Assembly: GCA_043802485.1 (NCBI GenBank)
Contig: JAZDKZ010000002.1
Location: 1-37,598, forward strand
Source of the DNA: Candidatus Aenigmatarchaeota archaeon
GTDB taxonomy: Archaea > Aenigmatarchaeota > Aenigmatarchaeia > Aenigmatarchaeales > Aenigmatarchaeaceae
DNA: 37,598 nucleotides
Direction: 5' to 3'
This document shows, in pieces, positions 18,083-27,137 of the stretch. Under the pieces are notes generated by a model. It had not been told where the DNA came from and did no database searches. It saw nothing but the letters and a program-made list of their open reading frames with translations. The translations under genes were made by a program, and so were the position numbers. Each line of letters starts with the position of its first letter. Position 1 is the stretch's first letter.

Positions 18083-18426
18083 GCACACCCCATCATTACT
18101 AGTCGAACTCGACTTTATAGATAAAAATGTATTATATTATTATTATATATAACAATGTTATATGAAATGAAGGTTCAATCTTAATCTATATGATATCTGA
18201 AACAAGAAGATTTTCATCTCAGAACCCTTATTTCATTTGGATTTTGACTGGAAATGATAGGGTGGTTATTTCATATGAAACAAAAACCTCAAAAATCATG
18301 TAACAAAACCTTCACATGAAGGTTTTCCTAAGGAAATGATGGGGTTAACGTGAAGCAAATTATATATATGGTAATCATGATAATTACAAAGGAAACAAAG
18401 GTTCATGATATTCACGGTGCAATTTA
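18083..18426. other. Replication origin oriC with ORB-like elements and AT-rich DUE
   Basis: Directly upstream of orc1/cdc6. ORB-like copies: TTCGACTAGTAATGATGGGGT (18087-18107, -), TCCAAATGAAATAAGGGT (18224-18241, -), TTTGACTGGAAATGATAGGGT (18243-18263), TTCCTAAGGAAATGATGGGGT (18325-18345), TTACAAAGGAAACAAAGGTT (18384-18403). AT-rich tract ~18114-18163. Confidence 0.85.
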
Positions 18427-19623
18427 ATGGTCAATAATGATAATATTTTCACAAAGTTCTTGGAATCCAAACCCATATTTTCCAATAGAGAAGCATTGAC
18501 TATTTCCTTCAAGCCAGAGACCATACCTCATAGGGAGAAACAGGTCAATGACTTGGGAAGGATATTGACACCTGCTCTGAAAGGTGGTAGGCCTAGCAAC
18601 ATATTCCTCTACGGAAGGCCTGGTACAGGCAAGACGCTTGTCTCAAGGTTTGTCGGGTCCGAGCTTGAAAAAATCAGCGGTAGTAATGGCCATGAAATCA
18701 AAGTTCTATATGTCAACTGCAAAATGAAGAAAATAGCAGACACTGAGTATAGATTACTGGCTGAGTTATCCAAGGAGTTGGGCAAAGAAGTGCCGTTTAC
18801 AGGCCTTCCAACACCTCAAGTGTACAACGCTTTCTTCGAGGCTCTTGACGCCAAAAAACAGACAATCATAGTGATTATCGATGAGATTGACACACTTGTC
18901 CAAAAAACAGGCGATGAGATTTTGTATAATCTTACAAGGGTAAATCAGGACCTCAAAAACTCAAAATTGTCCATAATAGGCATAACAAACAACCTTGGTT
19001 TTATAGAGACCTTGGATCCAAGGGTCAAAAGCTCTCTCAGTGAAGAGGAACTGATATTCCCACCATACAATGCGCTTCAGCTGCAGGACATCCTAAAGAA
19101 CAGGGCATCTATAGCTTTCACACCAGATATTTTGGATGTTGGAGTGATAGAGAAATGTGCTGCCTTGGCTGCTCAGGAGCACGGCGACGCAAGACGAGCT
19201 CTGGATTTGTTAAGAGTGGCAGGAGAGCTGTCTGAAAGAAATTCTCATGATAGGGTTTCTATAGAGCAGGTTGACAACGCTGAGGAGAAAATAGACGTTG
19301 ACAGGGTGATAGAGACAGTGAAAGCTCAACCCAAGCAGAGCCAGATAGTGCTGTATTCGATAATACAGCTGGCTGAAAAGAGTAAGGAGATACAGACTGG
19401 CGAGGTCTTTGATAGATATCAGGACGTATGCAAGCAGCAGTGTATCAAGACCCTTACCACAAGAAGAGTGTCAGACCTAATTTCTGAATTGGACCTTTCC
19501 AGCGTGATAAGCACCAAGATTGTGTCAAAGGGCAGGTACGGCAGGACAAGAGTCATATCATTGAATCTGTCTGATACAGTCTACAATAAATTAAAGAATC
19601 TACTGGAAGAATTATTCTTATGA
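18427..19623 (+). CDS. cdc6: Orc1/Cdc6 replication initiator
   Basis: PHRE, NIFLYGRPGTGKT, IIDEID, LDPRVKSSL, FPPYNA, HGDARRALDLLR, C-terminal wHTH with SKGRYGRTR. Confidence 0.97.
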   Translation: MVNNDNIFTKFLESKPIFSNREALTISFKPETIPHREKQVNDLGRILTPALKGGRPSNIFLYGRPGTGKTLVSRFVGSELEKISGSNGHEIKVLYVNCKMKKIADTEYRLLAELSKELGKEVPFTGLPTPQVYNAFFEALDAKKQTIIVIIDEIDTLVQKTGDEILYNLTRVNQDLKNSKLSIIGITNNLGFIETLDPRVKSSLSEEELIFPPYNALQLQDILKNRASIAFTPDILDVGVIEKCAALAAQEHGDARRALDLLRVAGELSERNSHDRVSIEQVDNAEEKIDVDRVIETVKAQPKQSQIVLYSIIQLAEKSKEIQTGEVFDRYQDVCKQQCIKTLTTRRVSDLISELDLSSVISTKIVSKGRYGRTRVISLNLSDTVYNKLKNLLEELFL

Positions 19624-20525
19624 CCCATTTGGAAGAGCTTGTTAGTTTGGGTTTTCTTGTAGGAGAAGATGCTAGGGAATCTATAGAGAAACTCAACAAA
19701 AAGGACTTTGAGAAGGCTGTCAAGCACTTTAAGGAAGAGAAGCCTTTCATAATCACAAAGGAAATGATAGAAATTGTTCTGGCCAAAGAGATAGAGATGG
19801 TGAAGCAGTTTGAAACCAAAGACGTGTTCACTGTTCAGGATTATGTCGAGGCCCTGAACAAAAGGTATGGCTTCTTGCAGGATTTGCTGGTAAAAAAAGT
19901 CGAGCTGAAGAACATAGTGTCCATAAGCAAGGTAAGCTCAGGCAACGTGAGCGTCATTGGTATGGTCAAGGACATTGTTGAGAAGAGTGGAGGCAGGACA
20001 GTGGTTCTTGAGGATCCGACAGGGTATATAGACGTTGTCATGGACAGGAAGCTGGTCGATAGGCTGGTTCTTGACGATGTAATTGCTGTTTTTGGCCTGG
20101 CAAAAAACAAGACGCTGTTCGCAGAAAAGATGCTCTTTCCCTCAATTCCCCTAAGACCTGTGAATCTCAGTGAAAAGAGCATAAAGGTTGCCTTTACCGA
20201 CAAGAAGGTGGATGCTGACTATATTGTTTCAAAGAAAAACATCCAGGATATGATAAAGAAAAAGAAATACGACATATCTAGTCCGTGCATATTCAAAATC
20301 GGCGACATAACCATCCTCGTTCTTGTTAAAGCCAAGTCATTGGAAGTTCTGAACAAGCGCTACTTTAACAATGACAGGATCGATTTTCTTATTGAACCTG
20401 CCCCTGACATAATATTCACAGACGAGGACGTCAACATGAGCTACAAGGGAATAAGCATTGTCCCGAAAGACAATATTATAGACCTGAAGACGAGAAAAGT
20501 GGAGAAAATAGGTCAGGTGAAATGA
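19620..20525 (+). CDS. PolD small subunit (DP1) homologue, shortened and catalytically inactivated
   Basis: DP1-like N-terminus and OB fold (VSVIGMVKDI..LEDPTG..LVLDDVIAVFG..LFPSIP). Remnant phosphoesterase segments (SSPC..IGDITILV; DFLIEPAPDIIFT) lack DxH, GD, GNHD and GHxH. Translationally coupled to cdc6. Confidence 0.8.
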   Translation: MTHLEELVSLGFLVGEDARESIEKLNKKDFEKAVKHFKEEKPFIITKEMIEIVLAKEIEMVKQFETKDVFTVQDYVEALNKRYGFLQDLLVKKVELKNIVSISKVSSGNVSVIGMVKDIVEKSGGRTVVLEDPTGYIDVVMDRKLVDRLVLDDVIAVFGLAKNKTLFAEKMLFPSIPLRPVNLSEKSIKVAFTDKKVDADYIVSKKNIQDMIKKKKYDISSPCIFKIGDITILVLVKAKSLEVLNKRYFNNDRIDFLIEPAPDIIFTDEDVNMSYKGISIVPKDNIIDLKTRKVEKIGQVK

Positions 20526-20639
20526 TATGGAGTTTAAAGAGCTCTTGAAATTCATAGAACTGAAAAACAGACGCTATGAAGAATAGTACGGTTATCCTCA
20601 CAGCCAAACATTTAAGCTTTAGATACGAATAATCAGAAT

Positions 20640-23276
20640 ATGCAGGTCCAGATTCTCGACTGTGATTACATCGTTCTTAACAACAAGAAGCCAGTTGTAA
20701 GAATCTTTGGCAAGACCAAGGACGGAAAACCCATATGTGTGTTCTACAACAACTTCCTCCCTTATTTCTACCTACATGCTGCAGAGGAAAAGCATGAAGA
20801 CATCAAGAGAAAGATACTGAAAAAATACCCTGATTTGAAAATAGAGGTTGTTGAGAGAACGATTCCCATAGGCTACCAAAAGCCGTCAAAGGTTCTGAAG
20901 ATTACTGGCGACAACCCCGCCAGAACCCCTGAGATAAGGGAGTTTGTGAGGATGTTCGGCACACCTTATGAAGCAGACGTACTGTTCAAATATAGATTCA
21001 TGGCCGATTTTGGTCTGAAAGGCATGAGTTGGATAGAAGCCCAGGGCAACTATGTCAATACAAGCACTGTAAAGTGCAGGGCATTTGACGCCAAGTCCAT
21101 AAAGCCTATAGAAGTCATGGAAAACGCGCCGCTAAAGTATATGGCTCTTGACATAGAATGTTTGCCTGAGGAGGAGAGGATACCTACTGCAGACAAGGAC
21201 ACAATAATAGTGATGAGCATGGCTTTCTCAACGCCGTACAAGGGAAAGGACTCGCTTGTGCTGCTTACAAAATCAACAAGAGGCAAGGACCTGCTTGTTT
21301 GCAATGACGAGAAGAGCATGCTAGAAAAGTTCAGGGAGATAATGGAAGAGTACGATCCTGATATAGTCTGCGGTCATAACATAAACGGTTTCGACCTGCC
21401 GTTCATAATCGAGAGGATGAACAGGCTTGGCATTTCAAAGGACATCGGCAGGACGGAAAAACAGGCATATGCCAGGAAGATACAGAACGGGTTCATTCCC
21501 TACATTTCAGGAAGGACGGTCGTTGACACCTATGAAATCTACAAAAGGGACCCTTGGGTCAAGTTCAAGCGCTACGACCTGGGCACAGTCTCAAAGAACA
21601 TGCTTGGAGTTGAGAAGGTTGACCTTGGAGGAAACTTTTTCGAAAAGCTTCAGGAAGCATGGAACGGAAAAGGCCTTGACAGGTTCATCGATTATGCGAG
21701 AAGGGATGCTGTGCTTGTGCTGAGGCTGGTCATAGAGAAAAGAATGATGGACAAGTTCTTTGAAATCTCAAAGACATCAGGAGTTCTTTTGCAGGACAGC
21801 CTTGGCGGCCAGTCGCAGAGACATGAGGTCAAGCTGCTTGGCGAATTCTACAAAAGAAAGTTCATGATGCCGTGCAAGCCCAGGGACGTTGATAGCCAGA
21901 GACAGCAGGGTCTGAAAGGCGCCCTGGTATTGGAGCCTTCTGTAGGTTTTCATGAGTGGGTCATATGCCTGGATTTCACAAGCATGTATCCGTCCTTTAT
22001 CAGGGCCATGAACATATGTACAACCACTTACTTGAAGGATGACCAGGATGTTGAACATTATACTTCGCCTTACGGTTCAAAGTTCGTCAAGCAGAGCGTT
22101 CTGAAAGGCGTGATACCAGGCATTGTCGACGAATACCTTAATGCAAGGGTGGCTGTAAAGGAGCAATATAAAATTGAGAAAGACGAAGAGAAGAGGAGAA
22201 TACTGAAGGCAAAGAACCTTGCTCTGAAGGATTTGGTCAATTCTCTTTACGGTTACACAGGCTATGCCAGGTCCAGGCTTTTCGTGATGGACATAGCCAA
22301 CGCGATAACTGCATATGGAAGGGACACGATAACAAAAACCAAAAAATTGATAGAGGAGAACTACCCTGTCAAAGTCATATACGCTGACACAGACTCCGTG
22401 TTCATCACGTCAGACATAAAGGACCTGGATGAGGCAGAGAGATTCGGCAGCGAGATATCAGATTTCATATCAAAGGAATTGTATGGCTTGGAACTGAAGT
22501 TCGAAAAGACCTATAAAACTTTTCTGATAGAGGCAAAGAAGAGGTATGCTGGTTGGGCGTTTGAGAAAGTGCATGACAAATGGGTGGGCAGGATAGACAT
22601 GAAGGGAATAGAGACTGTCAGAAGGGACTGGTGCACGCTGGTTTCAGACACCATGCTTGATACCCTGAACATAATCCTAAAAGAAAGGGACATGAAAAAG
22701 GCCTCAAAGCTTGTCAGGGGAATAATAAAGGACCTTGCCGCCAACAAAGTGTCGCTTGAAAAGCTTACCATCACGAAAGGCGTAACAAAGCCCTTTGACC
22801 AGTATAACGGGATACAGCCGCATGTCGAGCTGGCAAAGAAGATAGTGAAAAGGGACAAGAGCCGTTCTGTCATAGGCGCAAGAATCGAGTATGTGATAAT
22901 CCGCGGCAACCAGATGCTCTCCAAAAGGGCAGAGGACCCAAAGTATGTCAAGGACAACAACCTGCTGATAGATTCCGAGTATTATGTTCACAACCAGCTG
23001 CTGCCGCCATTGGAAAGGGTCTTCGAGGTCTGCGGCATAAGCTCCTCAGAGCTGATAGAGGGCGTCAGGCAGCAGAGCCTTATGGATATTCTGAAAGTGA
23101 AGAAGGAGCCTTCGCCTGAGACAATGGTCCTGAAAAACTTTGAGGCAATCGTCTGCAAGAACTGCGACTGGAGTTTCAGAAGGCCTTCTCTGATAGGAAA
23201 GTGTCCAACGTGTTCTGGAACATTATATTTCTCTGGAAACGGTTCCATTGGAAAGACAGTCGATTTTAGCAAATAG
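20640..23276 (+). CDS. polB: Family B DNA polymerase with PIP-like box and C-terminal Zn finger
   Basis: Exonuclease motifs DIE, NINGFD, YARRD. Polymerase motifs DFTSMYPS, KDLVNSLYGY, YADTDS, KKRY, KGIETVRRDW. QQSLMDIL, then CKNC-x12-CPTC. Confidence 0.96.
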   Translation: MQVQILDCDYIVLNNKKPVVRIFGKTKDGKPICVFYNNFLPYFYLHAAEEKHEDIKRKILKKYPDLKIEVVERTIPIGYQKPSKVLKITGDNPARTPEIREFVRMFGTPYEADVLFKYRFMADFGLKGMSWIEAQGNYVNTSTVKCRAFDAKSIKPIEVMENAPLKYMALDIECLPEEERIPTADKDTIIVMSMAFSTPYKGKDSLVLLTKSTRGKDLLVCNDEKSMLEKFREIMEEYDPDIVCGHNINGFDLPFIIERMNRLGISKDIGRTEKQAYARKIQNGFIPYISGRTVVDTYEIYKRDPWVKFKRYDLGTVSKNMLGVEKVDLGGNFFEKLQEAWNGKGLDRFIDYARRDAVLVLRLVIEKRMMDKFFEISKTSGVLLQDSLGGQSQRHEVKLLGEFYKRKFMMPCKPRDVDSQRQQGLKGALVLEPSVGFHEWVICLDFTSMYPSFIRAMNICTTTYLKDDQDVEHYTSPYGSKFVKQSVLKGVIPGIVDEYLNARVAVKEQYKIEKDEEKRRILKAKNLALKDLVNSLYGYTGYARSRLFVMDIANAITAYGRDTITKTKKLIEENYPVKVIYADTDSVFITSDIKDLDEAERFGSEISDFISKELYGLELKFEKTYKTFLIEAKKRYAGWAFEKVHDKWVGRIDMKGIETVRRDWCTLVSDTMLDTLNIILKERDMKKASKLVRGIIKDLAANKVSLEKLTITKGVTKPFDQYNGIQPHVELAKKIVKRDKSRSVIGARIEYVIIRGNQMLSKRAEDPKYVKDNNLLIDSEYYVHNQLLPPLERVFEVCGISSSELIEGVRQQSLMDILKVKKEPSPETMVLKNFEAIVCKNCDWSFRRPSLIGKCPTCSGTLYFSGNGSIGKTVDFSK

Positions 23277-23320
23277 AAGCCAGGCAAAAGGTTATTTACT
23301 TTTGGTTCTAAACAATATAG

Positions 23321-24217
23321 ATGCATTTAACTGTAGGAATATTCGGTGACCAGGAGCTGGCAAAAAAACTGGGAAAGAAAGGAACCACCAATGATATTGC
23401 CATCTTCAATCATGGCAGTTCTGACGGAGTTTTTACCTATGTCTGTCCCAACTCTGAAAAAATACAGCCGTTGCTGCAGGTATTGAACATGATTGACATT
23501 CCAGTTCTTGTTGTGAAGGAACTGACAAAGGAAATTGGGGAAACAATAATCGGAATAGATGAGATGAATTTTGGCAAAGGCTTCATAATAACCGAATTAA
23601 AAGAAAACGTCAAGCAGTTCATAAAAGGCACGACCCTGGAAAAATTCGAGATGATAGACGAAAACGAGTTGCGCCAAAAACTTATAGAGGTAAAAACAGA
23701 AGACAAAAGCGATTCCGTGTTGATACCGATTGATAATTATTTCAATGTGAAAGGAATAGGCACTGTGGTACTAGGGACCGTAAAGGGCAGCAACATTTCT
23801 TTGCACGAAAAACTTTTCATAGAGCCTTTGGGGAAAGAGGTCACGATCAAAGGCATACAGTCACAGGACAAGGACTTTAAGGAGACAGAACTTAGGATGC
23901 GCGTCGGGCTGAACTTGAAGGGCGTGGATGCAGATGAAATAAAGAGGGGCTTTGTTTTATGCAAGGGAATGGAAAAGTCAATGGAAATAAAAATAAAGTT
24001 CAAAAAGAACAGATTCTTCAAACAAGAGCTGACTAAAGGGGCGTCAGTGCTCGTGTCAGTCGGTTTGCAGGTGGTTTCATTTGACGTAGATAATCTTGGA
24101 GAAACTCTAGAGCTAAAATCCAACCAAAACGTTGCCTACAGAAAGAATCAGAGATGCCTTGTCGCTTCTCAGAATAATGCTATACCAAGAATAATTGGTA
24201 GCGGCATCATACTATAG
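23321..24217 (+). CDS. SelB/EF-Tu-like protein with degenerate G domain (Methanosarcina MM1309-like)
   Basis: LAKKLGKKGTTNDI N-terminal motif. EF-Tu domain II (IDNYFNVKGIGTVVLG..IKGIQ..RVGLNLKGV..IKRGFVL). No intact P-loop. Confidence 0.8.
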   Translation: MHLTVGIFGDQELAKKLGKKGTTNDIAIFNHGSSDGVFTYVCPNSEKIQPLLQVLNMIDIPVLVVKELTKEIGETIIGIDEMNFGKGFIITELKENVKQFIKGTTLEKFEMIDENELRQKLIEVKTEDKSDSVLIPIDNYFNVKGIGTVVLGTVKGSNISLHEKLFIEPLGKEVTIKGIQSQDKDFKETELRMRVGLNLKGVDADEIKRGFVLCKGMEKSMEIKIKFKKNRFFKQELTKGASVLVSVGLQVVSFDVDNLGETLELKSNQNVAYRKNQRCLVASQNNAIPRIIGSGIIL

Positions 24218-25412
24218 TTATTCCCATGAAAAACAATATGCACGGAAGTATCAGACAACCCATGCCGTATGTCCTTCTGATGTTGAGATAGTTTGGAATA
24301 AGGCCGACTGCTACTGAAACTACCAGTATCAATATTCCAACAAAACCCGAGAAAATTACAGTTAATACAAAAAGGAATAATGAGGTGTATAGGCAAAGCT
24401 TCTGATAATCTATCTTTCTTAGAAAGTCGAGGGAAATTTTGGTCATCTTTAATGTCAGTATTGTTGCGATTCCAGCCGATATTAATATCAGTGAAATGAA
24501 GACAAGCGTTTCTTTCATTCCTACTTCTAGTAGTTTGCTGACGCCAACAGCAATCCCTGACCTGGGATTGCCGATAAGCCACAGAGACAGGATGGAATAA
24601 ACGATATCACAAGTGGTTATGGCGCCTATTGATATAAGAAATTCCCTCCCATCGCCCTCCTTCCTCCCGAACGCCTGCTGCGTAATGATTGTTGATTGGG
24701 TCGCGCCCAATCCTGGCAGCAGTCCAGCTATTATTCCTCCCAAACTGCCGATGCTAATACAAGACAGAATGTTCTTTCTTTCAATCTTTTCCTCTTCGTA
24801 GCTGAATTTTTCTGGCAGCTTTGTCTTCTGGAATATTGACATCAACAACATAGGCATGCCGAACAGACCTGTGAGCAGAGGGAACAGCGCGCTGTCTGCA
24901 TAGTTGTTCAGGACTATTAATCCGAGAAACCCAGAAAGTAAAAAAACCATCAGACCCATTAGTTTGTTCTTACCTTTTTCTGAAAGAACCATATAACCTA
25001 TGACAGCTATCAATAGCCAGTGTACATGTGCTCTTATTGTTTCGTATAGTGTCGGAATTATGAAAACAAACAAGGGTAATGTTAAAACCGAGAATAAAAC
25101 GCCACCAAGGCTTCCTATAAGGCAAAGCTTGATCGCCTCGTAGCCCCTGCCTTCCATCAAAAGCTTATGCCCAGGGAGAACTCCCATGACAGTCGACTCC
25201 TCAGGCGCTCCCAAAAGAATGGACGGAATGAAGTTGATGAAGGAGTTGGCAACGCCGGACGTCACGAGGATGACAGCGGTTGACAGAGGACCGAACAGAA
25301 AAGACATGCCCAATATCATCGGTATGGTGTTGTTGGGATGCAAGCCAGGCAGCAAACCTGCCACAACACCAAACACCAGCCCTACTACCAAGGCCAGAAG
25401 CATATCTAACAT
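24207..25412 (-). CDS. TctA-like (tripartite tricarboxylate transporter family) membrane protein
   Basis: GLLPGLHPN, FIPSILLGAP, VLPGHKLLMEGRG, repeated GLLPGLG. Highly hydrophobic. Confidence 0.88.
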   Translation of the reverse strand: MLDMLLALVVGLVFGVVAGLLPGLHPNNTIPMILGMSFLFGPLSTAVILVTSGVANSFINFIPSILLGAPEESTVMGVLPGHKLLMEGRGYEAIKLCLIGSLGGVLFSVLTLPLFVFIIPTLYETIRAHVHWLLIAVIGYMVLSEKGKNKLMGLMVFLLSGFLGLIVLNNYADSALFPLLTGLFGMPMLLMSIFQKTKLPEKFSYEEEKIERKNILSCISIGSLGGIIAGLLPGLGATQSTIITQQAFGRKEGDGREFLISIGAITTCDIVYSILSLWLIGNPRSGIAVGVSKLLEVGMKETLVFISLILISAGIATILTLKMTKISLDFLRKIDYQKLCLYTSLFLFVLTVIFSGFVGILILVVSVAVGLIPNYLNIRRTYGMGCLILPCILFFMGITIV

Positions 25413-25463
25413 GATTAATAATTCGAATCAAACGAGAAATTTTGGATTAACTACCCATGGTAG

Positions 25464-27137
25464 TCAGTCTTCTTTCACAAGAATCTTTCTTGCAATCGTT
25501 GCGAACGGGGGCCTTGTTATGAACACGCCTATCAATACACCGATTGTTGTAATTATAGCAAAGCCCTTCATGGCTCCTATTCCAATGAACATTAGCGGAA
25601 CCATTGCTGCTATGATTGTCCCGGCCGCGCTGAACACTATGAAGAAAGACCTCTTAATCCTTTGAGTGACATTATAGCTGTCCCTGCCACCACCCAGCAG
25701 TATCTCGTCTATCATTATTATCTGGTCGTTCGTACCAGTTCCGATGGCAGCAATCAAACCTGCGATGGAGGCCAAGTCGATTGTCCACTTGAACAGGGCA
25801 GCCGCCCCCAAAGTTATAATTAATTCGCACGCGCTCCATACCAGCATCTGCCCAAGTATCTTGAACTTTCTATATCTTATGAAAATTACCACCATTACAG
25901 AGAAAACGGCTATTATGCCTGCGATAAAGGCTTCTCTGAAGAATTCACCTCCCAATGTAGACGATATCTCGTCTATCTTTATCGTTTCAAGTGTGACAGG
26001 CAAAGCGCCGGATTGCAGAATACTTTTTAGCATCAGCTGCTCCTGGAACGCCTCGGTCCTTGTCGGCCTGAAGCCTGTTATTGCCGGCGATGTGAGAGTC
26101 TTGCCCTTCAAGTCAGAGGAAATGCCAAGGTCTGTTATCAGACCGTCGTCCAGGAAAAGATATATTCTATTCTCCAAGTAGCTCCCACCACCAGTGTCTG
26201 ACAATACCTTCATAGTCTTGGTGATTCTTGCGAACTTTTCTGCGCCATCTTGGGTCACAAAGACCTGGAAGTTGAACTCCCATCCACCACTCTGCTGCAT
26301 GACCCTTGAAACACATATGCCTGGCTGGTCCTGCAGACAGACAGATTGTATGTCAGCGCCTGTGAATATAGTGAACATTAAAACAGCGCTCTCGTTGGTT
26401 ATGTTCAGCACCTTGAATTGGATTTCCTCCATTTCGGAAGTGTCGTTGATATCAAGCCTGACGCCGTCCACTGTTATGGTGCTGCCCAAAAGATTTATCG
26501 TATGGGACTCGTCCAGAACAAGTTCTCCGCTGTTGTTGACGAAAACAATCTCCCTTGGCACCTTCCCGTCGAACTTGCCCTGCTTTGCCAGAAGGTTCTC
26601 AACCTCCTCTTTTGAGCCTCCAGCCATCTCTATCTGGACATATTTTTCATTTGTTATTCTGTCGTTTATAGTCTGGAACTTTGCCTCCTTTAGGCCAAAC
26701 ACGTTTATCCTTGTTTCTAGAGTCCCGACAATTTGCTGCATCGCTGCGTCAGAGACGTTTTCTGTCGGTTTTAACAGTACTCTTGTTCCTCCAATCAGGT
26801 CCAGTCCAAACTGAACATTTGTGGCAGAAGGCTTCTCCACGGTTATGCCCAGCTCCTCGCCTTCAAAACCTACAATGTCAAGTTTGCCTGAATGCATCAG
26901 CCTGAAGCTTCCTGTGAAGCCCTCGAACATGTAAAAGTCGTCCGGCGTGCTTATCTCCCTCTCGTTCGCCCATGTTATGAACTCTCCTGGCTTTACCACG
27001 TTGTAGAACGGCGAGTCCTTGGAAACAGAAATGACCTCGACCCCAGCCTTGGGAAAGGGATTTATTATCAATATGGAAATTATAACTGCGAATACCATTA
27101 GCAGAATTCTCCAGTTCTTTAAAATATCGAATTTCAT
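25464..27137 (-). CDS. secD: Protein translocase subunit SecD
   Basis: FGLDLIGGTRVLL, RINVFGL, LQSGALPV, STLG, DLASIAGLIAAIGTG, GFAITTIGVLIGVFITRP. Confidence 0.93.
   Translation of the reverse strand: MKFDILKNWRILLMVFAVIISILIINPFPKAGVEVISVSKDSPFYNVVKPGEFITWANEREISTPDDFYMFEGFTGSFRLMHSGKLDIVGFEGEELGITVEKPSATNVQFGLDLIGGTRVLLKPTENVSDAAMQQIVGTLETRINVFGLKEAKFQTINDRITNEKYVQIEMAGGSKEEVENLLAKQGKFDGKVPREIVFVNNSGELVLDESHTINLLGSTITVDGVRLDINDTSEMEEIQFKVLNITNESAVLMFTIFTGADIQSVCLQDQPGICVSRVMQQSGGWEFNFQVFVTQDGAEKFARITKTMKVLSDTGGGSYLENRIYLFLDDGLITDLGISSDLKGKTLTSPAITGFRPTRTEAFQEQLMLKSILQSGALPVTLETIKIDEISSTLGGEFFREAFIAGIIAVFSVMVVIFIRYRKFKILGQMLVWSACELIITLGAAALFKWTIDLASIAGLIAAIGTGTNDQIIMIDEILLGGGRDSYNVTQRIKRSFFIVFSAAGTIIAAMVPLMFIGIGAMKGFAIITTIGVLIGVFITRPPFATIARKILVKED

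Noticed and set aside
10460..23276. Inteins in NrdD, Cdc6 or PolB
   Set aside because: Lengths are normal, motifs are contiguous, and no intein splice-junction or LAGLIDADG motifs were seen.
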